Position numbers and translations under genes: made by a program
Shown: piece by piece, positions 27,076 through 37,827 of the stretch
Layout: the number at the start of each line of letters is the position of its first letter
Numbering within the stretch: the stretch's first letter is position 1
Source of the DNA: a virus
Lineage: Duplodnaviria > Caudoviricetes
DNA length: 64,000 bases
Strand: one strand, 5' to 3'
Virus record (IMG/VR): IMGVR_UViG_3300035520_001860
Span: 1 to 64,000 of that record
The notes under the pieces: generated by a model
Seen by the model: only the letters and a program-made list of their open reading frames with translations
Databases searched by the model: none
Told to the model about the DNA's origin: nothing

Positions 27076-30000
27076 ATGATATCAAAAGTAAAGCACATAC
27101 TGAAAAATATTGTCATTGGAGCACTATGTGCAGTATCAGTATTTTCAGCTGTATATACAAGCATACCAACAGCAAAAGCAGCTACTACAATATTAAATAC
27201 AAATGCTGCACTTGGATCTCCTATACTAAATAGTAGTGCAACATCAGACGACTGGAATAAATGGGAGATGGTTTGTTGGGGAGTATTCTTAAGTAACTGG
27301 TGTCAACCACTGATAGATACTTATGAATCTGCCTATTCTACTTCTAGTAGTAAGGGGTCACAGGGAGCCGGATATCAGGCACTTTGTTTCGGTAGTGGTA
27401 GTGACTCATCTAATAATGAGACTATCCAGGACTTCTGTACATATGCACTTCAAGTACAGTCACAATCAAATATTAACACAGTATATGTAGCATATACAAA
27501 GGTAAGTGATGGAGTACTAGGAGATAAAGTAGATCCTAATACAGATTCATCTGTACTCAGAGAAGCTAGATTTAATGACTTTTTCTTTTCAAACGATGTA
27601 CCAGACGCTAGTGATATATCAGAATATACAACAAGTATTGAGGTAGCTAAAAGTGATGCTGAGGGATATGGTGGATCAAGAGCATACATAAAAAGTGGAT
27701 ATATACCAACATTCTATGTTAAATCAGCTACAAATGAGCAGAAGTATACTGTAATATTAGACTATACTGACACATGGGACATACAAGCATTTGCAGCAAT
27801 GATAACGGCTGTGAGAACATCAACATCATCAATTGATTATGAAAAATTATTCTCAGAGGCATATAACTCTTATAGTTCATCAAATCCTGTTATCGGAAAA
27901 GACGTATTTGGAAATTTAATTATATACTCAGACAGAGTTATGCTATTTCCAGCTGCCAACAATCAGAATATAACAGAAACAAAGTCAATTAACTTATTAA
28001 ATTCTTGGATAATGAATAGCTACATATCTACTTATTCATCAAGTAAGTTGATTAATGAGTTACATCAAACAGATAAGGGTGATGATACTTTAGGGTCAAT
28101 GCTTAGTAACTGGGGAAATACAGACAAAGAGTACTGGGGACTGCCTGCTTTTGGTTCAGATACAATAAAGGGTGCTGGATTCTTATATTACGATACAGAT
28201 TTAATAGCTAGTTCCTATTATGCAGATTCAGCTGACATGTCACCTAGATATATTAAGATTATGACAGACCTATTTGATTGTGATATAACAAATAGCAGTA
28301 ATAAATATCCAATAGAATTTGAAGTATCAGGAGCAGGGTATGCAGTAACAAAGCTAAAAAGCAAAGGTTTATCAGATAGCATAGAATTAACAACATTTGC
28401 AGGATCCTTACTTCCTAATACAATAGCTGAATCTGGATATCTAACATCATCATCACAAACAGAAATGTTACACAGTGTAATAAACACTGATGGTGATGAA
28501 ATATCACTATTTTCTGAAAATGCAATAGTAGTACCAGTACAAGCAGTAGCAGCATCAAAAGATAGTGGTGGATCAAAAGATGGTGAGGCTTTAAGACAAT
28601 ACTTCAACTGGTTGTACAAGATATACTCAGGAACAATAGATTCATCAGGTAAATCAGAAATATTAACATCAACATCATTGAAAAATATGCTAAATAGTGA
28701 TGATAATAGAAGTATAAGTGACTTACAATACTTAACGAAAACTACTTTATGGAGTTATTTCACAAATTCAGAAACAAGCTACAAGAAAAATGATATAACT
28801 GGATCAACATTCTGGGATGCAGGTGACAATGAAACAATTAATGATAATGCATCACGATTAGTAAAGGTATATCCAACCTCACAAATAATGTCAGCAGTGT
28901 CATCAGTATTAGCATTACAAGATGGTACAGAATTTAATACATACTGTACATTAATTTATATGACATACTTAGATTGGTATGGGGTAGTAAATAAGACATC
29001 ACTTAATTACGGAACAGAATCACAAAGTAATTTTAATAAAGATATTTATAGTGAGTCATCAGACATCTTAACAGTAGATCCAACTGATATAACAGATATA
29101 ATGTCAGAAGATGACATGGAATCTGAGGTATTACAGATGAGTTATTTAATGTTATCTACTGAAAATGGTAGATCATATAGAAAACAGCTTATTTACAATG
29201 GTATTTCAGACTTCCTATATGAACAATATAACAGGATGGTTTATGGAGGATCATCATCAGTATATAGCGGAACATCAACAAAAAGTAACTCAGGATTTTT
29301 GGCAATTCCAACATATTCGGAGAATTTTCTTACAGGATGGTTTTTGGATTATTACACAACAATAGCTGTTGTAGCAATAATGCTTTGTATAATAGCTATG
29401 ATAATTTTTGGATTACTTAAGGGAAGGAAGATAAGTTGGTATGTACTAACAACATTTACAATAGTAAACGTAATACTGTTAGTACCAGCATCTGGAGAGA
29501 TTACGCCAGCAGTAACAACAGCATTTACACAGAAAATATTTAACAGTAAGATGACTTTCTGGGCAATAAGCGAGGGTGTATCAAATGCATCATTAGAATC
29601 GGATGCATACACAACATCAGGGGATTTATCAGGACTAACATCAGAAGAAGCAACAACAGTAATTAAATTAGTAAATACATTATCAGTTGTATATACAGAC
29701 AGAAGTTTAATGTTAAAGCAGGATATATCACAAAAAATAACACAACAGCTTGGCGGTGTATATACAAGTATACAATCGATACAATCAGCCCGATGGATAC
29801 TACCAATGGTAATGCAACAATTCTCGTCATCAGACGAAGAACAAGCAGAAAGTTATGTTTATGTTAAGTTATCAAATGTATGGGATGACGGTTCGAACTT
29901 ATATTGGTATTACTTCCCATCCGATGCAATGACAACAACTAAGGCAACATCAACATCACAGCAGTTTGCAACAGGAAATGCAGTTATAGCTTGTACATCT

Positions 30001-32148
30001 GATCTGGATATTACAACAACAGATGCAGCTGGAAACACAGTAAGTGTAGCAACTGAAGCAGAAACAGGCAACAACGGAAATAAATATGATAACATAACAG
30101 ATTATTATGTAGATTATAAAGAACCCACATGGGCAGATGATACAGATTATGATACAAATTATGCTTGTTATGCTTATACATTACAAGATGATTACAACGA
30201 CATAGTTCACTTATACTCATATATTTTACATGATAATAACCTAGGAATGGATAATGCAAACTTATCAAGAGAAAATGTATTTGGAAGTAAGCTAGAGAGC
30301 TATGAAGATGCAGACTCATGGCAAGATTGGATTGACGTAGCAGCAGGGGATGATAAGGTATTAAATTCAGACAATTGGGCAACAGATACTAAATCTAACA
30401 GTAGCTATTATGCATATGAGAGTATAGCAGAGACATACGATAGAACAGATGCAACTACAATGAGTGATGGATATTCATATTACAAAACTACTGAATCAAC
30501 ATACTATTACTTTTTTAACGTAGTAAAAGATTCATTTCCACATACATCAACTGTAGGATCTATAATAGGTAGATTACAAGGTGAAATAGAGACAGATTTT
30601 GGTGGAGTAAACGAAGTAAGAAGTAACTTCATGTATGCAACTACAACATCATTAAAAGAGAAAGAAAATGATGCAGGAACAGCTATAGGTAATGATGATG
30701 TTAATTACACAGGATATGTACGTGATGTACTAGACTTACAGGAGTTCTTCACAAATGTATTACCATACATGTATGAAATGACACTTGCAGCAGGTGGTTT
30801 TGATGGTGAATCAGGTATACTTGAGAGTAGTACTATATCAGATGCATCGTCCTATTATGAAGGAAACATGCAGTCTTGGGCTTATAGATGTAACTGGGCA
30901 GTAAAGATTATGGAAAACTCAGAATACTGTAAGTCAACAACAATAAAAGATTCAGATGGAAACAAATATACCATAACAAATCCATTACTTCCAGAGTGTT
31001 ATCCTGATAACAGACCAATGGTGTTCAGTGAAGCTCAGAAGAAAGCATATGAATTAACAGATGCAGATCTAAGTATTGTAGAATTAAAGTGTATAGCTGT
31101 TAATGAAGCAGTAGCAAAAGATTGGACACTACTTATCAATTATGCAGGAACATCTGGATTGACAAAAGAAGTGCTGTTTAGAGTAATGGCAACAGATGCA
31201 ACAGAGGAGTTCTGCCAAGAGTTTAGTACATCAGGATTATTAGATACATCATATGAAATATATCCACAATCAATAGATTTAAGATACTTGTCATTTGATG
31301 CAATAATGAAAATGTTAATGGTAAACGTGTCTAAGAATACATCATATTCATATGGTGATACAATGGATACATTATTAGAAGATTCAGATTTATTTACAGC
31401 ATTCCTGTTATGGTTATGCACAGCTTTATGTGTATTTTGGATGCCACTGTTTCAAAGAGGTGTGCTAGCAATCATATTCTACTCAGGATTTGCAGCAATA
31501 TTCAGATCATTATTCAGTAATGCAACATACAAGTGTAAGGTTGCAGCATCACAATTAACAGAAAACATATTCTTTATGATATATACATTAGTGTACTATT
31601 TTGCTATATCAATGCTAATGCAATTATCATCTAGTGATGAGGTATTATCAGTAAAAAGTGTATCAACAAATCCTGGTAACCCAGTATGGATGCTCCTAGC
31701 AGTAATATTACTTAGTGCAGCATACACATTTTATATGGGAAAACAAATTATATTTATAGGAAAACACTGGTACGACATGGGACTTGAAGTAAAACAATTT
31801 ATGCTAAACACAGTTGTTGCTAAAGCACAAGATATAGCAGGAACAGTGAAAGATGGAATAAGTAGTCTAGCACGTGATGATAATGACTCTGGTAAAACAA
31901 GTGATACTTCTAGTGTAAAGGGTACTGGAGCATCTGAGGGAGCAACACAGAATGTAAATGTTACACAAGCTAATGAAAGTAATATAACAGTAAATAATAA
32001 GAATGATGATGCAGCAAAGGCATTGGCTGATGAAAATGCAGCAGCTTCTTATAATACTGGAGAAGTTGTGAAACAGGATGATACAACAACTGCAGCTGAT
32101 ATAGATGCAGAAATAAAGACCGGTGAAAAATTAGAAGGTGATTCTTAA
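27076..32148 (+). CDS. Giant polytopic membrane protein (1690 aa), candidate extended VirB6/TraG-like channel subunit
   Basis: Signal peptide (AKA), TM pair near aa 760-810, several TMs near aa 1440-1560, large extracellular domains. The functional call rests on context only. Confidence 0.55.
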   Translation: MISKVKHILKNIVIGALCAVSVFSAVYTSIPTAKAATTILNTNAALGSPILNSSATSDDWNKWEMVCWGVFLSNWCQPLIDTYESAYSTSSSKGSQGAGYQALCFGSGSDSSNNETIQDFCTYALQVQSQSNINTVYVAYTKVSDGVLGDKVDPNTDSSVLREARFNDFFFSNDVPDASDISEYTTSIEVAKSDAEGYGGSRAYIKSGYIPTFYVKSATNEQKYTVILDYTDTWDIQAFAAMITAVRTSTSSIDYEKLFSEAYNSYSSSNPVIGKDVFGNLIIYSDRVMLFPAANNQNITETKSINLLNSWIMNSYISTYSSSKLINELHQTDKGDDTLGSMLSNWGNTDKEYWGLPAFGSDTIKGAGFLYYDTDLIASSYYADSADMSPRYIKIMTDLFDCDITNSSNKYPIEFEVSGAGYAVTKLKSKGLSDSIELTTFAGSLLPNTIAESGYLTSSSQTEMLHSVINTDGDEISLFSENAIVVPVQAVAASKDSGGSKDGEALRQYFNWLYKIYSGTIDSSGKSEILTSTSLKNMLNSDDNRSISDLQYLTKTTLWSYFTNSETSYKKNDITGSTFWDAGDNETINDNASRLVKVYPTSQIMSAVSSVLALQDGTEFNTYCTLIYMTYLDWYGVVNKTSLNYGTESQSNFNKDIYSESSDILTVDPTDITDIMSEDDMESEVLQMSYLMLSTENGRSYRKQLIYNGISDFLYEQYNRMVYGGSSSVYSGTSTKSNSGFLAIPTYSENFLTGWFLDYYTTIAVVAIMLCIIAMIIFGLLKGRKISWYVLTTFTIVNVILLVPASGEITPAVTTAFTQKIFNSKMTFWAISEGVSNASLESDAYTTSGDLSGLTSEEATTVIKLVNTLSVVYTDRSLMLKQDISQKITQQLGGVYTSIQSIQSARWILPMVMQQFSSSDEEQAESYVYVKLSNVWDDGSNLYWYYFPSDAMTTTKATSTSQQFATGNAVIACTSDLDITTTDAAGNTVSVATEAETGNNGNKYDNITDYYVDYKEPTWADDTDYDTNYACYAYTLQDDYNDIVHLYSYILHDNNLGMDNANLSRENVFGSKLESYEDADSWQDWIDVAAGDDKVLNSDNWATDTKSNSSYYAYESIAETYDRTDATTMSDGYSYYKTTESTYYYFFNVVKDSFPHTSTVGSIIGRLQGEIETDFGGVNEVRSNFMYATTTSLKEKENDAGTAIGNDDVNYTGYVRDVLDLQEFFTNVLPYMYEMTLAAGGFDGESGILESSTISDASSYYEGNMQSWAYRCNWAVKIMENSEYCKSTTIKDSDGNKYTITNPLLPECYPDNRPMVFSEAQKKAYELTDADLSIVELKCIAVNEAVAKDWTLLINYAGTSGLTKEVLFRVMATDATEEFCQEFSTSGLLDTSYEIYPQSIDLRYLSFDAIMKMLMVNVSKNTSYSYGDTMDTLLEDSDLFTAFLLWLCTALCVFWMPLFQRGVLAIIFYSGFAAIFRSLFSNATYKCKVAASQLTENIFFMIYTLVYYFAISMLMQLSSSDEVLSVKSVSTNPGNPVWMLLAVILLSAAYTFYMGKQIIFIGKHWYDMGLEVKQFMLNTVVAKAQDIAGTVKDGISSLARDDNDSGKTSDTSSVKGTGASEGATQNVNVTQANESNITVNNKNDDAAKALADENAAASYNTGEVVKQDDTTTAADIDAEIKTGEKLEGDS

Positions 32149-32167
32149 AAGCTTGGTTCATTGGTTA

Positions 32168-32201
32168 AAGAGGCTGAGTTTTATACTTAGCCTCTTATTT
32201 T
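32168..32201 (+). terminator. Rho-independent terminator
   Basis: AAGAGGCTGAGT / ACTTAGCCTCTT followed by ATTTT. Confidence 0.75.
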
Positions 32202-32222
32202 AAATTCATGGGAGAATAGGAA

Positions 32223-33515
32223 ATGGCAAATACAAAACGAAGAGAAAACTTTACAGACAAGAGCGGAAACATGCTAATACCTACTAACGTTGAGGGAGGA
32301 TACTACAATGAGAATTTCATAACAGCACCTAAACTCATTTTAATGGCTATGATATTAGTAGCTTTAGCCTGGATAATATATAAATGTGTAAATGGTAACA
32401 GTAGCTTACTAACATGGGTAATTTGGTTAGCAATGTGGCTTGGTTTATCAAGCTTAATAATGAGATTTTTCGTATTTGAAGAAAAATTTTATTACAGAAT
32501 GTATTTGGATTTAAAAGAGAATGAAATAACAACTCCAGCAATATACTGGAATATAGCTTCAATAAAAGACACTGATGATGGAGCTATAATAACATATGCA
32601 GATGGAAAGATAGCAATTATTGCAAGAGTTGATAGAGATACAATTACTGGTAAAACAAGAGATTTTAAAGAGACACACTATGATGCAATATCTGATTTTT
32701 ACAAAGATGTTATAGTGCAAAAATACTCATTCGTTCAAATGAATGTAATGGAAACAGCAGGAAAAGACCCAAGACTTAATGAACTTTCAAAGTTAACATA
32801 TAAAAGTGATAATGCTAACATATGTAAGCTTATGGAACTTGAGATAGGACACATTAAAAATATAACACATACATCATTATATGAGAGTGATTATTTCTTA
32901 TTCTATACAAGTGATTTGTCTAAGATGGACTCAATAATAAATGATATTACAGAATCATTGTTTAAACTGCTTGATGGAGCATATGTAGGATATAGCTTCT
33001 TAACAAGTAAAGAAATAGTTGAATTACTAAAAGATTATTCTGGTGTAACATATTTCAATTATACTGAAGCATCATTACTTATGTATAATAACAATAAAAA
33101 TTCAGCAGTTCCTCCATTTACTGTAAAGGGCATTTTGTGGGATGATGGAGAAGATCAAACTTTGAATCCAATGGAAGTAAATAAACTCAGAAATATAACT
33201 AGTAATGTAATTAAAGAGACATTAAGTGTTAAAGATATGTCTATTAAAGATACTATATATAGAAAGGAAACAAAAAATAAAGTTGGTATTGATTTTAATT
33301 CATTATCTAAAACAACAGTCAATACTAATAAACCTGCTAGTAACAATATTAGACGACCAAGTCTTAATATGGGTATGAACAGAAATGCAATGAAGCAACA
33401 GCATACTAATAAGGTCAACTTACAAAAAGAAGAAAATAATGACATATTAGATGATGACTTTGAAGTTAATGAAGTAACAAATACAGCAGATGATGAAGAA
33501 TACATTGATATATAA
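32223..33515 (+). CDS. Membrane protein, candidate VirB3/PrgI/TcpE-like subunit with cytoplasmic extension
   Basis: Two N-terminal TMs then a soluble domain; first gene of the operon containing VirB4. Confidence 0.45.
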   Translation: MANTKRRENFTDKSGNMLIPTNVEGGYYNENFITAPKLILMAMILVALAWIIYKCVNGNSSLLTWVIWLAMWLGLSSLIMRFFVFEEKFYYRMYLDLKENEITTPAIYWNIASIKDTDDGAIITYADGKIAIIARVDRDTITGKTRDFKETHYDAISDFYKDVIVQKYSFVQMNVMETAGKDPRLNELSKLTYKSDNANICKLMELEIGHIKNITHTSLYESDYFLFYTSDLSKMDSIINDITESLFKLLDGAYVGYSFLTSKEIVELLKDYSGVTYFNYTEASLLMYNNNKNSAVPPFTVKGILWDDGEDQTLNPMEVNKLRNITSNVIKETLSVKDMSIKDTIYRKETKNKVGIDFNSLSKTTVNTNKPASNNIRRPSLNMGMNRNAMKQQHTNKVNLQKEENNDILDDDFEVNEVTNTADDEEYIDI

Positions 33516-33533
33516 AGAAAGGAAAAGTAAAAC

Positions 33534-36350
33534 ATGAGAGTATTACTATCTGGTGGAAAAAAGACACAAAATATAATTGATGGAATCAGTAAAAGATTTA
33601 CAACTAGCGGAGATGAATTTCTTGTAATCGAGTATTTGGAGGATATAATAGGTATATTCAGTCGTGGTGATTACTTCGATAAGGCTGTAATTACTGAGCA
33701 GAGTATTACAAGAGATGGTGCTATAACAGATGAAATGCAGCTTAGAAGCAGAGTAAATGAATTTGCGTCTAATATGGCAAGTAGATCACATAAGTACAAT
33801 TATGTATTCCTAGCACAAACAGAAGAAATAGCAAATATAATTTATGAGGAGTCACTTCCTATTTCTGATGAAAGTGCAGTAGTATACAAGAAACCTAGAT
33901 ACAATGTAACATTCTTTGTTGATTTAATTGTCACAGAAGCAAAAGACTTACCATCTGATTGGGTTTATGTACCAGAGTTAAGCATACCAGAATCAGAAAT
34001 GTTTAATATAGGCAAGGAGAGTGAAAGTACTAATACAGAGGATGTAATAGATACATCAGATATGAATATTGGCATGGAATTACAGGATATGCCAACAGAT
34101 GATTTATTTAGTGGTGATTGGAATAATATTGATGGTTCAAACAATGATAATGGTCTGAACTTTGATCTAGGTGACATAGGACAGGAAAATAGCTTCAATC
34201 TCGATGAAGAAGGTGGTGGATTTACCATTGATGAAAATGGTAATCTCATTGAAGATTCAGATGATAGTACACAAGGTTTTGGAAATCAGTATGGTGGAGG
34301 ATTTGATGATACAGATACTGATGGAGTAGAACTTAGTGAGAATGATCTAATACCAGACAATAGTGATGGTACAGGCTTTTATAATAATGGTAACTTTGGA
34401 GAATCTGACTTCACATCAGATGAAAATGACAGCTCTAGCTTTGATATTAATGGAGACACTGGATTCAGTAATGAAGGTGATTTTAATACAGAGTTAGGGA
34501 ATGATAATTTTGGATTAGATAGCAATAATGGTTTTGATGACTTCAATAACAATAATTACTCTAACAGCTTTGAAAATGATGAAATCATTGATACAGATAA
34601 TACAGAAGCTATAAAACAATCTGGTAGTCTTCCTGACTATAGAGAACCAGTAGATAACACCTTTGAAACATCAGAAAATGATAGTTTAATGGGTGGAATT
34701 GGTTTAGCAGCTGGAGCAATGACAGGTGCAGCAATGAATAATACATCCGACATATTTGGTCAAGAAGGACAATTAGATGAGGAACAATATAATTACGATG
34801 AGACTGATGGGGGTAATCAGATGAACAATGATGGCTTTAGTAATAATCAGTATGGAAATGGTATGAACAACGGATTTGATAATGATGGTTATGCTAACGA
34901 TGATTATGCTAATGATGATTTTACAAACAACAACGGTTTTGGTGATGAGGGATTCAGTAACAACAGCTTTGATGACGATATGGGATACAATGATGGGTTT
35001 AGTGATCCTACACAAGGCAGCAATGTGAGTGTTAACATTGGAAAGAATACCAATAACCTTGATGATTCAATGTATGGAAATAGTGATGCTGGCTTTGACA
35101 ATTCCATGTATACTAACAATGACATGTATCAGAACAATGAGCAGTATGATACAGCAGGATATGGTGGGGTTGATTACGGTAACGAACAGGATAATTACCA
35201 AAACAACATTGAGAATAACATGTATGGAAATCCGACAGGATTTGAACAGTCAATGTACGACGATGCAGCGGCTATGGCTGCAGGAGCTGCTATTGATGCT
35301 GCAATGCAACAGAATAATCAGCTGCCTAACCAGACAATGCAAGTTTCTCCTAAGAAAGGTTTAAAAGGAATCTTTGGTAAGAAGAAAGGTACTGCTCAAT
35401 ATCAGAATGCAGCAAGTCAGTTAAATGCACCTCAACCAGTTCAAGGTTGGCAGCAGGAAGTTCAGACACAGCAGGTAAATACTGGTAGACACAGAGGTGT
35501 TGATATAAATACAATTAAACAACAGTTGAAACCATTTGCTTCTAGAGGTAACAGCATTGTTGTTACTGGTTGTGGTGGATGTGGAACAAGTACAATAGCA
35601 TATAACTTAGCTAATATAGTACATCAGCTTGGATATTCTGTACTGTTAGTAGATATGGATACAGAGGGAAGAACACAAAGTTACATATCTAAAACAAACT
35701 ATGACAGTATGGAGCCAGATGGAGCAAACTTAATGTCAGCTGTAAACAGTAGTACTGGTACAAGTGCTCAAGAAGCTATTGTAAAACAGGGATTCCATTT
35801 ATTAACGATGGGTCTTGGAACTGATACAGCACAGGTTAATGAGTTACTACATAAGGAAAAAATTAGTAGATTTGCTAACCTTGTTAAGTCATCTCATGAC
35901 TTTGTAATTTATGACATTCCATTTAAGAGTGCAACAGATTACTTATCAGAGATTACCTATACAGCAGATAACTTAGTACTTGTAGCTGATGCTAGTAACT
36001 GGGGAATAACAAAGTTAATGCTTAACGTATGTAATATAAGTGCTGATGATATGCAGGATACAATATTCAACAGAGCACAGCTTGTATTTAACAAATACAG
36101 AAACTTAACAAAAGTATTTGGTAGAAAAGTAAGAACTGGTATTGATATCACGAAGATCATTGATATGAAAGTTCAAGAACTCATTGGTGAGGACCCTGGC
36201 TTCCATTTTGAGGATTTACATATAGCTGGAATACTGAATGATGACCCAGATTTTGAGCAGTCTTGGTTTGAAATGGTTCAGTACTCTGATACTCAAAAAG
36301 GACAGGCAATATTCTTAGAATTACTTGAGCATATAGTACTTAAAAAATAA
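33534..36350 (+). CDS. MinD/ParA-superfamily ATPase, CpaE/TadZ-like, with a ~480-aa acidic disordered linker
   Basis: Receiver-like N-terminal domain; deviant Walker A GCGGCGTST; NLA...VLLVDMD and HDFVIYDIP motifs. Confidence 0.75.
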   Translation: MRVLLSGGKKTQNIIDGISKRFTTSGDEFLVIEYLEDIIGIFSRGDYFDKAVITEQSITRDGAITDEMQLRSRVNEFASNMASRSHKYNYVFLAQTEEIANIIYEESLPISDESAVVYKKPRYNVTFFVDLIVTEAKDLPSDWVYVPELSIPESEMFNIGKESESTNTEDVIDTSDMNIGMELQDMPTDDLFSGDWNNIDGSNNDNGLNFDLGDIGQENSFNLDEEGGGFTIDENGNLIEDSDDSTQGFGNQYGGGFDDTDTDGVELSENDLIPDNSDGTGFYNNGNFGESDFTSDENDSSSFDINGDTGFSNEGDFNTELGNDNFGLDSNNGFDDFNNNNYSNSFENDEIIDTDNTEAIKQSGSLPDYREPVDNTFETSENDSLMGGIGLAAGAMTGAAMNNTSDIFGQEGQLDEEQYNYDETDGGNQMNNDGFSNNQYGNGMNNGFDNDGYANDDYANDDFTNNNGFGDEGFSNNSFDDDMGYNDGFSDPTQGSNVSVNIGKNTNNLDDSMYGNSDAGFDNSMYTNNDMYQNNEQYDTAGYGGVDYGNEQDNYQNNIENNMYGNPTGFEQSMYDDAAAMAAGAAIDAAMQQNNQLPNQTMQVSPKKGLKGIFGKKKGTAQYQNAASQLNAPQPVQGWQQEVQTQQVNTGRHRGVDINTIKQQLKPFASRGNSIVVTGCGGCGTSTIAYNLANIVHQLGYSVLLVDMDTEGRTQSYISKTNYDSMEPDGANLMSAVNSSTGTSAQEAIVKQGFHLLTMGLGTDTAQVNELLHKEKISRFANLVKSSHDFVIYDIPFKSATDYLSEITYTADNLVLVADASNWGITKLMLNVCNISADDMQDTIFNRAQLVFNKYRNLTKVFGRKVRTGIDITKIIDMKVQELIGEDPGFHFEDLHIAGILNDDPDFEQSWFEMVQYSDTQKGQAIFLELLEHIVLKK

Positions 36351-36374
36351 GGGTAATACAGGAGGAAACATTAA

Positions 36375-37817
36375 ATGACAAAGTACTTACTAAACGATAC
36401 ATTTCATGGATATGAAAAACTCGATGTAAAGGATATAAGTAAGGCAGAGGAAGCAGGCAACTTATTTGTAATAATTATAGACAAGACCTGTGATGACTCT
36501 TTATCTGATTATTATATGCTTGTTAATTCAGCATTAAAGCATCAGAACAGAGTTATAGCAATATCTGTAATGGACGAAAATAGATTATTTAGATCATTAG
36601 CAGCACTTATGGTAACATATAATGATTATGACATCTACGAAGTAGCAGAAAAAGAAGCTATATCAGCAGAATACTTACTAAAATTAGAAAACAGAACGCC
36701 TGATTATAGTGAAGTTCAAACCTATATAGGTGGTGATGTGACAGCTTATTCAGATATGAATATGATTTTGTTTGGTATTCAAAGCTTAGCAGAAGAAGGA
36801 AATCCAGAAGCATTAAAGTCATTCCTTGAAGATCATATGTTAAGCATAGATAATTTAACAACATCACTTAACATGATGAAGAAAACATGCGATCTGTTTA
36901 ATTCTAATGAATTGGTTGGAGAAATAAACAATCTCAAGGAACATGAGAAGAGGCTGAATAAAAACTTAGCAGATAAGGAAACAGCATTAGCTGAAGCTAA
37001 ACATGACAGAGATGAAAATAAAGTAGCAGCTGATACTCTTAAAAGAGAGAATGAGAAGTTAAAAGAGAAAAATAAAGAGTTGCAGGATAACGGTGGAGGT
37101 TCTGGTGATGCAACAATAAGGTCATTTAGAACAGTAAATACTTCAATGTTAGCAGGTAATAGAGCTAAGATTGTTCTTTACTTTAAGGAAGTATCTTATG
37201 TAAGATATACAAATACACTCGTAAGTATTATATTTGAGCAGATAAAGTTAATGAAGTTAAAAACTAAACTATTAATATATGATACTGGCTCAGAGATGTA
37301 CAACATATACAAACCATTGAGAGTTGTGACTGGTTCTGATTATTTTTCTGAAAAGACAAGCTTAATTAAAAAAGTAGAGAAATTTGTTGTTGCTGAACCT
37401 GTACAAACTATTATAGAGGATATATTAAAGTCAGATGAGCAATTTGATGTAGTCATTATATATGACAGAATGCATACTAATCTTGATGTGGTTGCTGGTA
37501 ACTTAGTTACTAAGTTCTTCGTAATTAATTCAAGAGACGATTATGATCGTCTAAAAGATCAGTTAAAAATAAATGATACATCATACATTATCACAAATGC
37601 AGAGAGTTCCATAAATATGGGCGGAAAGAATAATGAGTGGGGACCTATAGGAGATAGAAATTTCATAGATATACCTACTATTCCAGAGTTTAAGAAAAAA
37701 GAATTAAACTCTAGCTCATTTGCAATTTCAAGGTATAAAAGACAGGCTGGAACATTAACACAAAAGCCTATCATTGATACTATAATTGAAAAAAGTAAAA
37801 TAAATACATTAAAATAA
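36375..37817 (+). CDS. Coiled-coil protein with a possible inactive MinD-like C-terminal domain
   Basis: Heptad-rich aa ~180-240; KLLIYDT and FDVVIIYD strands, but no P-loop. Confidence 0.55.
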   Translation: MTKYLLNDTFHGYEKLDVKDISKAEEAGNLFVIIIDKTCDDSLSDYYMLVNSALKHQNRVIAISVMDENRLFRSLAALMVTYNDYDIYEVAEKEAISAEYLLKLENRTPDYSEVQTYIGGDVTAYSDMNMILFGIQSLAEEGNPEALKSFLEDHMLSIDNLTTSLNMMKKTCDLFNSNELVGEINNLKEHEKRLNKNLADKETALAEAKHDRDENKVAADTLKRENEKLKEKNKELQDNGGGSGDATIRSFRTVNTSMLAGNRAKIVLYFKEVSYVRYTNTLVSIIFEQIKLMKLKTKLLIYDTGSEMYNIYKPLRVVTGSDYFSEKTSLIKKVEKFVVAEPVQTIIEDILKSDEQFDVVIIYDRMHTNLDVVAGNLVTKFFVINSRDDYDRLKDQLKINDTSYIITNAESSINMGGKNNEWGPIGDRNFIDIPTIPEFKKKELNSSSFAISRYKRQAGTLTQKPIIDTIIEKSKINTLK

Positions 37818-37827
37818 AGGGTAAATC

